Assembly (NCBI GenBank): GCA_036149055.1
Contig: JAYZQJ010000128.1
Coordinates: forward strand, 32,001 to 96,000
Length of the DNA stretch: 64,000 bases
Reading direction: 5' to 3'
Origin: Myxococcota bacterium
GTDB taxonomy: Bacteria; Myxococcota_A; Polyangia; Polyangiales; Sandaracinaceae
The notes beneath the pieces were generated by a model. That model was not told the DNA's origin. It worked only from the letters and a program-made list of their open reading frames with translations, and did not search any database. The translations under genes and the position numbers were made by a program. Shown here in pieces: positions 49,163 to 58,359 of this stretch. Every line of letters starts with the position of its first letter. The first letter of the stretch is position 1.

Positions 49163-50647
49163 ATGCCCCCTCCGGAACACGCCGATCCGCCCCTCCGCGT
49201 CCTCGCGGACAACATCCCGCAGCTGGCCTGGATCGCCGACTCGGAGGGCTGGATCTTCTGGTACAACCGGCGCTGGTTCGACTACACGGGCACGGCGCTG
49301 GAGGAGATGCAGGGCTGGGGCTGGAAGGCCGTGCACCACCCCGACCACATCGATCGGGTGGTCGAGAAGTTCCGCGGCTGCATCGAGCGCGGCGAGGCCT
49401 GGGAGGACACCTTCCCCCTCCGCGGCGCGGACGGGCAGTACCGGTGGTTTCTCTCGCGCGCCACGCCCATCCGGGACGCGAGCGGCGCGGTCGAGCACTG
49501 GTTCGGCACCAACACCGACGTCACCGAGCATCGACAGCTCGAGGTGGCGCTGAAGGAGGCCGACCGGCGCAAGGACGAGTTCCTGGCCACGCTCGCGCAC
49601 GAGCTGCGCAACCCGCTCGCCGCGGTGCACGGCGCCCTCGAGGTGCTGCGAGACGGGTCGGGCGACCCGGGCTGGGCGACGGCCACCGGGCTGCGTCACG
49701 TCGCGCACCTCGAGCACCTCATCGACGACCTCCTGGACGTGTCCCGGATCACGCGCGGCAAGATCCAGCTGCGGGTCGAGACGGTGCGGGTGCGGGAGGT
49801 GCTCGATCGCGCCGCCGACGCGGTGCGGGGGCGGCTCGCGGCGCGGGGCCAGCGCCTGGAGGTCGCGCTCGACGACGAGACCGCCAGGGTGCGGGGGGAC
49901 GTGGTGCGGCTCACCCAGGTGGTCAGCAACCTCCTGACGAACGCCTCCAAGTTCTCGCCGCCCGGCACGCGGGTCGCGCTCCGGAGCGCGGCCGAGGGCG
50001 ACACCCTGGCCATCGAGGTCGAGGACGAGGGCCGCGGCATCCCCGACGACGAGCTGGACCGCGTGTTCGAGATGTTCACCCAGAGCCGCGCCAGCGACGG
50101 CGACGGGCTGGGGATCGGGCTCACGCTGGCGCGCCACCTCGCCGAGCTGCACGACGGGTCGCTCACCGCCCGCAGCGACGGGGCGGGCGCGGTCTTCACC
50201 CTGCGGGTCCCGGCGCTCCGGGAGCCCTCGGACGTCCCGGCGCCCGAGCCGCAGGCGCCAGAGCTGCGCCGCCACCGGATCCTGGTCGTGGACGACAACG
50301 AGGACCTCGCCGAGCTGACCGCGCTCCGGCTGCGCGCGCGGGGACACGACGTCGAGGTGGCGAACGACGGCGAGCAGGCGCTGAGCGCGGTGACCGCCGG
50401 CCGACCGGGGGTGGTGCTGCTCGACATCGGCCTGCCCGACCTCGACGGCTACGAGGTCGCGCGCCGGATCCGCCGCGACCCCGCGCTCGAGGGCACCGTG
50501 CTGATCGCCGTGACCGGCTGGGGGCAGGACGCCGACCGGCAGCTCGCGCGAGAGGCGGGCTTCGACCATCACCTCACCAAGCCGGCGTCGGTCGAGGACG
50601 TGAGCCGCCTGCTGGCCCAGGTTCCGGATCGGGAGACGAGCGGGTGA
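49163..50647 (+). CDS. Hybrid sensor kinase (PAS-HisKA-HATPase-REC)
   Basis: 3' part of ORF 48659..50647; WYNRRWFDYTG PAS, LAHELRNPL, NLLTNASKF, GLGIGL, VVDDN...LDIGLP...TKP. Confidence 0.92.
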   Translation: MPPPEHADPPLRVLADNIPQLAWIADSEGWIFWYNRRWFDYTGTALEEMQGWGWKAVHHPDHIDRVVEKFRGCIERGEAWEDTFPLRGADGQYRWFLSRATPIRDASGAVEHWFGTNTDVTEHRQLEVALKEADRRKDEFLATLAHELRNPLAAVHGALEVLRDGSGDPGWATATGLRHVAHLEHLIDDLLDVSRITRGKIQLRVETVRVREVLDRAADAVRGRLAARGQRLEVALDDETARVRGDVVRLTQVVSNLLTNASKFSPPGTRVALRSAAEGDTLAIEVEDEGRGIPDDELDRVFEMFTQSRASDGDGLGIGLTLARHLAELHDGSLTARSDGAGAVFTLRVPALREPSDVPAPEPQAPELRRHRILVVDDNEDLAELTALRLRARGHDVEVANDGEQALSAVTAGRPGVVLLDIGLPDLDGYEVARRIRRDPALEGTVLIAVTGWGQDADRQLAREAGFDHHLTKPASVEDVSRLLAQVPDRETSG

Positions 50648-50703
50648 GAAGCACAGTGAGCCGCGCAGTGAGCCGCGCAGTGAGCCGCGGAGTGAGACGC
50701 GCA
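50644..50703. repeat. Five 12-bp units each beginning with GTGA
   Basis: gtgagaagcaca gtgagccgcgca gtgagccgcgca gtgagccgcgga gtgagacgcgca. Confidence 0.88.
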
Positions 50704-50706
50704 GGG

Positions 50707-51348
50707 ATGAGCGCCGCCGCGCTGGCGCTGCTGCTGGCCGCCTGCGGGGGTCGCCCGCCGCCCACCGCGCCGCCGCCGCTGGACGAGGAGCTCGGCGAGG
50801 AGGCGGACGGCGACGGGCTGCGCATCGCGGGCATCGCGCTGCCGCGGCTCCCGCTCGAGGTGTCCGCGACCGAGCCGCCGCTCGCGGACGGCTGGGCGCG
50901 CGCCGAGGCGGCGCTGACGATGCCGACGCCGAGGCCCCCGGAGGGGGAGGCCTGGGAGGTCGAGGGCTGGGCCGACGGAGAGCTCGGGGACTGGATGCGG
51001 CGCCGGGCCGAGGTCGTCGGGGCGGCCCAGCGCGCCCTCGAGCCGGCGCGCGAGGGGCGCCCCGAGCACTCGGTCGTGGCCTCGCTCCTGCTCGGCCTCG
51101 CCTACAGCCGCTTCGCGCTCGATCTGCGCGGCATCGAGACGCCGCTCGCGTTCTCGAACGATCCGGAGCGCGCCCAGGCCTTCCGCGCCGCGATGGAGCA
51201 GGCGGCGCGCCCGCTGTGGCTCCGCGCGCTCGACGCGTTCGGGAGCTGCGCCGCCGTCGCCGCCGAGGCGCCCGCTCACTCCCTCGCGCGGTGGCGAGAG
51301 CGCTGCGACGCCGAGCTCCGCGCGGTCGAGCCGATGCTGCCCGAATAG
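50707..51348 (+). CDS. Hypothetical helical lipoprotein
   Basis: MSAAALALLLAA-C lipobox; could also start at any upstream in-frame GTG of the 12-bp repeat. Confidence 0.72.
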   Translation: MSAAALALLLAACGGRPPPTAPPPLDEELGEEADGDGLRIAGIALPRLPLEVSATEPPLADGWARAEAALTMPTPRPPEGEAWEVEGWADGELGDWMRRRAEVVGAAQRALEPAREGRPEHSVVASLLLGLAYSRFALDLRGIETPLAFSNDPERAQAFRAAMEQAARPLWLRALDAFGSCAAVAAEAPAHSLARWRERCDAELRAVEPMLPE

Positions 51349-51887
51349 TCGGGCGCGGCGAACACCCGCTGGTGCAGCCAGGGCTCGTCGTCGAGCTCGG
51401 GGTGGAACGTCGCGCCCCAGATCGTCCCCGCGCGGACGAGCACCGGCTCGCCGTCCAGCGTCAGCTCGACCGACACGCCGGCGCCCACCCGAGTCACCCG
51501 GGGCGCGCGGATGAGGGTGATCGGGCGGCCGTCGTCGGCGCGCCGCTCCGCGCTGTGCACCTGACGGCCCCAGCCGTTGCGCGCCACGGCGACGTCGAGC
51601 CAGCCGAAGCTGGGCTGCGCCGGTCGGACCTCGGACGCGGCGAGGATCAGCCCGGCGCAGGTGGCCAGGGTGGGCTTGCCGGCGGCGGCGTGGCGCCGGA
51701 GCGCGTCCTCGAGCGGTCGGTCGAGCAGGCGGAGCATCGCGCCGCTCTCGCCGCCGGGAAGGACGAGGCCGTCGAGCGCCTCGACCTGCCCGGCGGCGCG
51801 GAGCTCGATCGCGTCGACGCCCAGCCGCGCCAGCGCGTCGAGGTGAAGCGCGAAGCCGCCCTGCAGCGCGAGGACGCCGACCCTCAT
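51276..51887 (-). CDS. pdxT: PLP synthase glutaminase subunit
   Basis: [38 protein letters not shown] overlap with pdxS. Confidence 0.95.
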   Translation of the reverse strand: MRVGVLALQGGFALHLDALARLGVDAIELRAAGQVEALDGLVLPGGESGAMLRLLDRPLEDALRRHAAAGKPTLATCAGLILAASEVRPAQPSFGWLDVAVARNGWGRQVHSAERRADDGRPITLIRAPRVTRVGAGVSVELTLDGEPVLVRAGTIWGATFHPELDDEPWLHQRVFAAPDYSGSIGSTARSSASQRSRHRARE

Positions 51888-52762
51888 CACCAGCCCCGCT
51901 GGGCGAGGCGCTGCTCGTCGCGGAGCGCGGCGCTCTCGGTCCCGCGCATCGCCTCGCCGAGCCCGGCGCTGAGCTCGGCGAGCTTCGCCGCGTCGCGCCA
52001 GTGGGTCACCGCCTCGACCACCGCCCGCGCCCTCCGGGCCGGCTCGGCGCTCAGGAAGATCCCGCTGCCGACGAAGACCGACTCGGCGCCGAGGGCCATG
52101 CACAGCGCCGCGTCCGCCGGCGTCGCCACCCCGCCGGCCGCGAACCGCGGCACCGGCAGCTTCCCCTCCCGCGCCACGTAGCGCACCTGCTCGAGGGGCG
52201 CGCCCAGCTCCCGCGCCTCGGCGACGAGCTGCTCCTCCGACAGCCCCTGGACGCGCCGGATCTGGGCCTGCACCGCCCGGAGGTGACGCACCGCCTGGCT
52301 CACGTCCCCGGTGCCCGCCTCGCCCTTGGTCCGGATCATCGCCGCGCCCTCCGCGATCCGGCGGAGCGCCTCCCCGAGGTCGGTGCAGCCGCAGACGAAG
52401 GGCACCCGGAAGGCGTGCTTGTCCACGTGGTGCGCCTGATCGGCGGGGGTCAGCACCTCGGACTCGTCGACGAAGTCGACCTCGAGCGCCTCGAGGATGC
52501 GCGCCTCCATCAGGTGCCCGATCCGGCACTTCGCCATCACCGGGATGGTCACCGCCTCCTGGATCCCCCGGATCATCTCCGGGTCGCTCGCCCGCGCGAC
52601 GCCGCCCTCGGCCCGGATGCGCGCCGGCACCCGCTCCAGCGCCATCACCGCCACCGCGCCCGCCTCCTCGGCGATCCGCGCCTGCGCCGGATCGACGACG
52701 TCCATGATGACGCCGCCCTTCAACATCTCGGCCAGCCCGACCTTGGTCTTCCAGTCTTTCAT
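51887..52762 (-). CDS. pdxS: PLP synthase lyase subunit
   Basis: [45 protein letters not shown]. Confidence 0.98.
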   Translation of the reverse strand: MKDWKTKVGLAEMLKGGVIMDVVDPAQARIAEEAGAVAVMALERVPARIRAEGGVARASDPEMIRGIQEAVTIPVMAKCRIGHLMEARILEALEVDFVDESEVLTPADQAHHVDKHAFRVPFVCGCTDLGEALRRIAEGAAMIRTKGEAGTGDVSQAVRHLRAVQAQIRRVQGLSEEQLVAEARELGAPLEQVRYVAREGKLPVPRFAAGGVATPADAALCMALGAESVFVGSGIFLSAEPARRARAVVEAVTHWRDAAKLAELSAGLGEAMRGTESAALRDEQRLAQRGW

Positions 52763-52778
52763 CGAACGCAGCTCTCCC

Positions 52779-52868
52779 TCGGGGGCGCGAGCGCCCCCGA
52801 CCGTGCCCGTGGCCCTGCCCGAGCAGAACCCCAGGATCCGTCTGTTCCAGGGCGCGAGCGCCCCGACC
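52779..52868. promoter_or_regulatory. Hairpin and direct repeat in the pdxR-pdxS spacer
   Basis: TCGGGGGCGC-GA-GCGCCCCCGA at 52779-52800; a second gggcgcgagcgccccgacc copy at 52850-52868. Confidence 0.55.
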
Positions 52869-52870
52869 TC

Positions 52871-54379
52871 TCACACCAGGTCGACCACCGCCGCCTCACC
52901 GCGCGGCGCCTCGCGCACCGCCTCGATGGCCTCGGCCACCCGCGCGGCCCCGAGCCGCAGCCGCTCCTCGGGCTCGGCGCAGAAGTTGAGGCGCAGCCCC
53001 GGCCGCGTGCCCTCGTCGACCGCGAAGTGCCGACCGGGCGAGACCACCACGCCGCGGCTCAGCCCCTCCTCGAACACCCGCCCCGGATCGACCCGCCGCG
53101 GCAGCTCGAGCCAGACGCTCAACCCACGCACGGGTCGTTGCCAGCGCACGTCGCGCGGGAGGTGCTCGCGGAGCCCGTCGCAGAGCGCGTCGCGGCGGCC
53201 GCGGTAGAACGGCCGGAGCTTGTTGAGGTGCGCCGCGAGGTAGCCGCGCTCGAGCAGCTCGGCGAGGGCGAGCTGGGTCAGCGCGGAGCTGCCGAGATCG
53301 CTCGTGTGCTTGAGCGCGAGCAGGTACGGCTGCAGCGCCGGGGGCACCACCAGGTAGCCGATGCGCAACGCGGGGATGAGGCGCTTGCTGAAGGTGCCGA
53401 CGTGGATCACGTCCGCGTCGAGCGCCCGGAGCGCGGGCGGGGGAGGCTCGTCCTCGAGCTCGAGATCGGCCGCGTAGTCGTCCTCGATCACCGCCACCTG
53501 CGCGTCGCGCGCCCAGTCGAGCACCGCCTGCCGCCGGGCCGCGGTCATGCACGCGCCGGTCGGGTTGACGTGGTTGGGCATCAGGTAGAGCGCCTTCGGC
53601 CGGCGGGCCCCGAGCCGCCGCAGCGCGCCGACGTCCGGGCCCTCCTCGTCGCTCGGCACGCCGACCACATGCGCGCCGGTGGCGGCGAAGACCTGGAGCG
53701 CGCCCGCGTAGGTGGAGGCGTGGGTCAGCACCACGTCGCCCGGCCCGAGGAGGGCGCGCGCCATCAGATCGAGCCCCTGCTGGCTGCCCGTGGTCACGAG
53801 CACGTCGTCCGCTGCGCAGGGCACCGCGAGCCGCGCCAGGTCCTCGACGATCGCCTGACGCAGGCGCCGGAAGCCCTCCTTGGGCGCGTAGCCGAGCGCC
53901 TTGGCGCCGTTGGTGCGCAGCACGTGCTCGACGCACCGGCGGAAGAGCTCGGTCGGCAGCAGCTCCGGGGGCGGCTGCATCCGGGTGAGGTCGACCGCGC
54001 CGTGCGGCACCGAGGTCCGCCGGGCCCGGCGGAAGCGCTCCATCGGCTCCGCCCGCGCCGCCTCGCTCACCATCGACGGCCAGGGCAGCCCCCGCCGCCG
54101 CGCCGGGGCGCTCGGGGCGTCGTCCGCGAAGCGCGGCGCCTTCACGAACGACCCGCGCCCCACGGTGGAGCTCAAGAAGCCGGCCGCCTCCAGCTCGGCG
54201 TAGGCGCGGACCACCGTGTTCCGGTGCAGGCCCAGCTCCGAGGCGAGCGCGCGGGTCGGCGGGAGGCGGTAGCCGTCGGGGAACGCGCCGCAGCGGATGC
54301 GCTCGGCGATCTGCTCGAAGAGCTGCTGGTAGAGCGGAGCCCCACCCCGGGTCTGGACCGCGATGCCGAGCGCGTTCAT
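52871..54379 (-). CDS. pdxR: MocR/GabR-family regulator (GntR HTH + aminotransferase-like domain), probable PdxR
   Basis: 3' part of ORF 52871..57040 from MNALG; LPPTRALA...RNTVVRAY, GSQQGL, NPTG, IEDDY, GTFSK, LRIGY; adjacent to pdxST. Confidence 0.88.
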   Translation of the reverse strand: MNALGIAVQTRGGAPLYQQLFEQIAERIRCGAFPDGYRLPPTRALASELGLHRNTVVRAYAELEAAGFLSSTVGRGSFVKAPRFADDAPSAPARRRGLPWPSMVSEAARAEPMERFRRARRTSVPHGAVDLTRMQPPPELLPTELFRRCVEHVLRTNGAKALGYAPKEGFRRLRQAIVEDLARLAVPCAADDVLVTTGSQQGLDLMARALLGPGDVVLTHASTYAGALQVFAATGAHVVGVPSDEEGPDVGALRRLGARRPKALYLMPNHVNPTGACMTAARRQAVLDWARDAQVAVIEDDYAADLELEDEPPPPALRALDADVIHVGTFSKRLIPALRIGYLVVPPALQPYLLALKHTSDLGSSALTQLALAELLERGYLAAHLNKLRPFYRGRRDALCDGLREHLPRDVRWQRPVRGLSVWLELPRRVDPGRVFEEGLSRGVVVSPGRHFAVDEGTRPGLRLNFCAEPEERLRLGAARVAEAIEAVREAPRGEAAVVDLV

Positions 54380-54389
54380 GGGGAGAGCC

Positions 54390-54487
54390 TGGTCCAATAC
54401 CGGGTCGCGCTCAATGGACAAGCGCCGGTTCGGGGGTGTTCGGGGCGACCAATCGCCACGAATTGGACCACTGTGGCGTGCCAATAC
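54390..54487. promoter_or_regulatory. Putative MocR/PdxR operator array
   Basis: TGGTCCAAT (54390-54398) and inverted ATTGGACCA (54462-54470); AATGGACAA (54413); CCAAT(AC) at 54394, 54449 and 54481. Confidence 0.6.
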
Positions 54488-54589
54488 ATGCAGAGAGAGC
54501 GGACCAAACCTCCGCCAAGCGATTGGAAACGTTCCACGCGACGGGCGGCGCGGCGGCCCGGGGTCGCCGGAGCCGGCATGATGATCGGC

Positions 54590-56176
54590 ATGGACGAGCT
54601 CGATCTCGGACCGGTGGAGGCGATGCCCGAGGGCGCGCCGACGCTGTGCAAGGCGGCCGACGGACGGCGCTTCGTGTGCGTGCGGCGCGGCGGCGACGTG
54701 CACGTGCTCGACGACCGCTGCCCCCACGAGGGCTACCCGCTCTCGCAGGGCGAGGTCCGGGGCGACGTGCTGACCTGCTGCTGGCACAACTGGAAGTTCG
54801 ACCTCGCCTCCGGCGACTGCCTGTTCGGCGGCGAGCCGGTGCGGCGCTATCCGGCGTGGGTCGAGGCGGGGCGGCTGCGGGTGGACGCGCGGCTGGATCC
54901 GGCGCGAGAGCGGGCGCGGGTCGCGGCGTCGATGCGAGGCGCGCTCCGGGAGGGCTCCCTCGGCAGCGTGATGCGCGACGCGCTCCGCCTCGACGCGCTC
55001 CAGGGTGGGCTGGACCCGGCGATCGAGGTGCTGGCGCGAGACGCGGCCCGGCGCGCGCCGTGGGGCTTCGAGCACGGGCTGGCGCTCATCGCCGAGGCGG
55101 CGCCCTGGATCGATCGCGCCGGCTTCGCCGCGCTGAGCGCCCACGTCGCCGAGCCGCTGCTGAACGCGCCGGAGCGAGAGGCGGCGGCGCCGAAGGAGGG
55201 CTCCCCCGGCGACCTGCTCGAGGCCCTGCGCGACGAGCGGCGAGGGGACGCGGAGGCCCTCGCGCGCCACCTCGCTGACCAGCCCGCGCTGTTCGACGAG
55301 GCGCTGCTCCCGTGGCTCTCCGAGGACCTGACCGACTACGGCCACGGCGCGATCTACGCGTTCGAGGCGCGCCAGCTGATCGCGCGCTTCCCCGCCCTCG
55401 CCGAGGACGTGGCCGCGGCCCTCGTCGTCTCGCTCTCGTGGGCCACCCGGGACAGCGCGCTGCCCGGCTGGGGGGCGACCCACCGCGGCGTGCGCGAGGC
55501 CGCGGCGGTGGGGAGCGCGCCGGCCGACGACGCCTACGTGGACGAGGTGCTCGCCTCGGAGCGCCAGGCCGTCGAGGCGTGCCTGGCGCGGCTGCGGGCG
55601 GGCGTGGATCCGCGCGATCTCCTCCGCCTCTCCGCGCGGGCGGCGGCCGAGCGCCTGCGCCGCTTCGACCCGGCGTGGGAGCGCCGCCTCGACGCACCGG
55701 TGACCGTGCTCGACGTCAGCCACGCGCTCACCTTCACCGACGCCGCGCTCGCGCTGTCGCCGAGCCCGGAGCTGGCCGCGCGCTTCGCGGTCCAGAGCGC
55801 CGGGTTCGTCGGCAAGCTGCGCGCCGCCGACGGAGAGCCGCCGCGCCCGAGAGACGGCGGGACGCTCGACGCGGCGCTCGCCGCGCGCGACCTGGAGGGC
55901 GCGCTCGGCGCGCTCGAGACGCCGGGCTTCTACGAGATGCTCCGCCCGTTCGCGCTCTCGAGCGCGTTCGTCCGCCCCATCTTCGCGGCCCACGCGGTGA
56001 AGACGGCCGAGGCCTGCCGGCGTCTGGAGGCCGAGGATCCGGAGGCCGCCGCGCTGCACCGAGCGGCGGCGGTCACCCTCTCGGTCCCGCGGCGACCCGA
56101 GCGCTTCTTCGACCGCACCGCCGAGGTGGCCGAGCGCTTCCTCGAGACCGGCAAGCCGCCGCCCGGGCTCTATTGA
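54590..56176 (+). CDS. Rieske (2Fe-2S) domain fused to a long helical His-motif domain
   Basis: 3' part of ORF 52001..56176; CPHEG...CCWHNWKF; alternative ATGs at 54578 and 54581. Confidence 0.85.
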   Translation: MDELDLGPVEAMPEGAPTLCKAADGRRFVCVRRGGDVHVLDDRCPHEGYPLSQGEVRGDVLTCCWHNWKFDLASGDCLFGGEPVRRYPAWVEAGRLRVDARLDPARERARVAASMRGALREGSLGSVMRDALRLDALQGGLDPAIEVLARDAARRAPWGFEHGLALIAEAAPWIDRAGFAALSAHVAEPLLNAPEREAAAPKEGSPGDLLEALRDERRGDAEALARHLADQPALFDEALLPWLSEDLTDYGHGAIYAFEARQLIARFPALAEDVAAALVVSLSWATRDSALPGWGATHRGVREAAAVGSAPADDAYVDEVLASERQAVEACLARLRAGVDPRDLLRLSARAAAERLRRFDPAWERRLDAPVTVLDVSHALTFTDAALALSPSPELAARFAVQSAGFVGKLRAADGEPPRPRDGGTLDAALAARDLEGALGALETPGFYEMLRPFALSSAFVRPIFAAHAVKTAEACRRLEAEDPEAAALHRAAAVTLSVPRRPERFFDRTAEVAERFLETGKPPPGLY

Positions 56177-56652
56177 GGAGCGGGCGGGAAGTCGGTGAGG
56201 ACCCGCCTCGCGGCCGCGCGCAGCTCGTCGTCGCCGAGCGACCGCACGTCGTCCGAGGAGACCGCGCCCTGCCAGAAGGTCGCGCCGGTCTCTCGCTCGA
56301 CCGCGCGCAGCTCGAGGCGGCCGGCCTGATAGCGCCGCTCCACGCGCCGCTCGCCGCGGACGAAGCGGCCTTCGAACGAGTAGGTGTCGCGCTCGACCCG
56401 CTCGCCGATCTTGGCCTGCCCGAGGATCCACACGTCGGCCCGGTCTCGCGGCGCCGCGCGCCAGCCCCGGGCGTGGAGCTCGCGGCGGAGCTGCTCGCGA
56501 AACGAGCCCCCGCGCTGGTCGGTCGGCTCGCGATGCACGAGGGCGTAGCTCCGAGCCCGGGCCGGGGCCGGCTGCACGACGGCGGACTCCACATGCAGGC
56601 TCGCGCCGCACGCGACGAGGAGGACGGCCAGGGCGGGGAGCAGGCGGCGCAC
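56170..56652 (-). CDS. DUF4136-like lipoprotein
   Basis: LLVA-C lipobox; ELHARGW, YQAGRLEL...FWQG, DFPP. Confidence 0.75.
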   Translation of the reverse strand: MRRLLPALAVLLVACGASLHVESAVVQPAPARARSYALVHREPTDQRGGSFREQLRRELHARGWRAAPRDRADVWILGQAKIGERVERDTYSFEGRFVRGERRVERRYQAGRLELRAVERETGATFWQGAVSSDDVRSLGDDELRAAARRVLTDFPPAPQ

Positions 56653-56753
56653 GTCCCGGAGCTAGGGTCGCGGGCGGCCGACACAAGCCGCCGGACTTGC
56701 CACCGATCGCGCCGCGAGAGCGACATCGAGGGCGATTGCTGCGACGATGTCGC

Positions 56754-58250
56754 ATGCACCGCGCCGCGCTCCCCTTGCTGCTCACCCTCGCGCTGGGCTG
56801 CGACCCTGGCGAGATGACCTTCGACGCCGGACCCGACGGGCGCCGTGACGCCGGGGGCGACGCCGCCAGTGACGCGGCGACCGACGGAGGCGACGAGGAC
56901 GCGGGCCCGATCGACGCCGGGCCGCCCCCGGAGCCGGAGCCGGCGACCGAGCTCGGCGATCCGATGCAGGAGGAGTGGGTCTTCGTGCAGAGCCACCTGC
57001 ACACCACCGGCTTCCACACCTGCGCCGACGCGCCGACCATGCCGACCGGCCCGGAGGCCGACTGCTACACCAGCGAGGGGATCACCGCGTTCCTCGAGGA
57101 GGCGCTGGCGCGCGACGCGAGCGACATGGTGATCACCGACCACAACAACATCGACGCGTGGTTCGACCCGGCGTTCGTGCCGCTCGCCGACGAAACCCGC
57201 ACCCGCTACGCGACCCCGCTGCGCGGCACCGAGTGGAGCAGCCGCGACGGCCACATGACGCTGCTCTTCCCGTCGGAGGTGGTGAGCGACAACATGGCCG
57301 CCATCGCGAACGGCTGGGTCTTCGCCGCGGGCAACCGCGTGCCGGTCTCGGGCGCGTCCGACTACGAGATGGCGATCGACAGCGTGCACGCGGTCGGGGG
57401 CATCGCGATCATCAACCACCCCGAGCTGCTCATCCACGCGTTCCCCGAGGACAGCCTCGACGCGGACGGGGTGGAGGTGGGCATCCCGCCGAACCCGCTC
57501 GACGACGTCGGCGGCGGGGCGGTCAGCGCGCACTCCTCGGCCGAGGCGCGCCGCTACTGGCAGCGCCGGCTGGTGAGCGGGCAGCGGCTCGCGGGCACCG
57601 CGGGCGCGGATCATCATCACGGCGGCGGAGACATCCCGGGCCTGGAGTCGCCGACCTTCGGGCTGGCGGTGAACCTCATCCGCGTCGACCCCGCGCTGCC
57701 GAACACCGTCGACGTCGAGGCCGCGCTCGCCGATCCCGCGACCACCATCGACCAGCGCACCGCGATCGTCATGGACGCGATCCGCCGCGGGCACGTGATG
57801 GTGGTGGAGGACGAGGGGGCGGCCCGGGTCTTCGTCGGCGCCGACGTCGACGGCGACGGGCGCTTCCACGACGCGCGCGCCGGGGACTGCGTGCTCGAGG
57901 CCGACGGAGAGCTGCGCCTGCGCGTGCGCATCGAGGGCGCGTCCGCCTCGTTCGGCAGCGGCCACTACAACCTCGAGGTGTGGACGCACGCGGACGACGC
58001 GTCGCCCGAGTGGTTCGTGGAGGTGGACTACGACGACGGCTTCCCGGCCGACCCGCGCTACGAGGTCGACCCCGTCGACCCGTTCACCATCGAGCTCACC
58101 CTCCCCTACGCCGCCGACGAGGCGCGCTTCGTCCGCTTCGTGCTCGTGCGCGACGTGGTCGGCCCGGTGAACGACACCGAGGTGGTGACGAACCCGGTCT
58201 ACTACGGCGCCTGGGGCGCCGAATGCGACGGCGCCTCTCCTCTGTACTGA
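56754..58250 (+). CDS. CehA/McbA-family PHP metallohydrolase lipoprotein
   Basis: LALG-C lipobox; SHLHT, ITDHN, GTEWS..GH, IINHP, GADHH, VTNPVY. Confidence 0.85.
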   Translation: MHRAALPLLLTLALGCDPGEMTFDAGPDGRRDAGGDAASDAATDGGDEDAGPIDAGPPPEPEPATELGDPMQEEWVFVQSHLHTTGFHTCADAPTMPTGPEADCYTSEGITAFLEEALARDASDMVITDHNNIDAWFDPAFVPLADETRTRYATPLRGTEWSSRDGHMTLLFPSEVVSDNMAAIANGWVFAAGNRVPVSGASDYEMAIDSVHAVGGIAIINHPELLIHAFPEDSLDADGVEVGIPPNPLDDVGGGAVSAHSSAEARRYWQRRLVSGQRLAGTAGADHHHGGGDIPGLESPTFGLAVNLIRVDPALPNTVDVEAALADPATTIDQRTAIVMDAIRRGHVMVVEDEGAARVFVGADVDGDGRFHDARAGDCVLEADGELRLRVRIEGASASFGSGHYNLEVWTHADDASPEWFVEVDYDDGFPADPRYEVDPVDPFTIELTLPYAADEARFVRFVLVRDVVGPVNDTEVVTNPVYYGAWGAECDGASPLY

Positions 58251-58261
58251 AACGGGGACCC

Positions 58262-58332
58262 GGGGACGGAGTGAACTTGTGAACCTGCGTAGGCGTTCGG
58301 ACTACATGAGTTAACAAGTTCACTCCGTCCCC
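58262..58332. repeat. REP/MITE-like palindromic element
   Basis: 23-bp inverted arms (ggggacggagtgaacttgtgaac / gttaacaagttcactccgtcccc, 1 mismatch) enclosing GTAG-gcgttcgga-CTAC; between convergent genes. Confidence 0.88.
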
Positions 58333-58359
58333 CCGTCCTCGTTCGAGGGCTCGCGGGGC

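Noticed and set aside
52001..57040. Apparent 1391-aa and 1389-aa giant ORFs
   Set aside because: The real Rieske and PdxR genes extended by stop-free shadow frames; not fusions.
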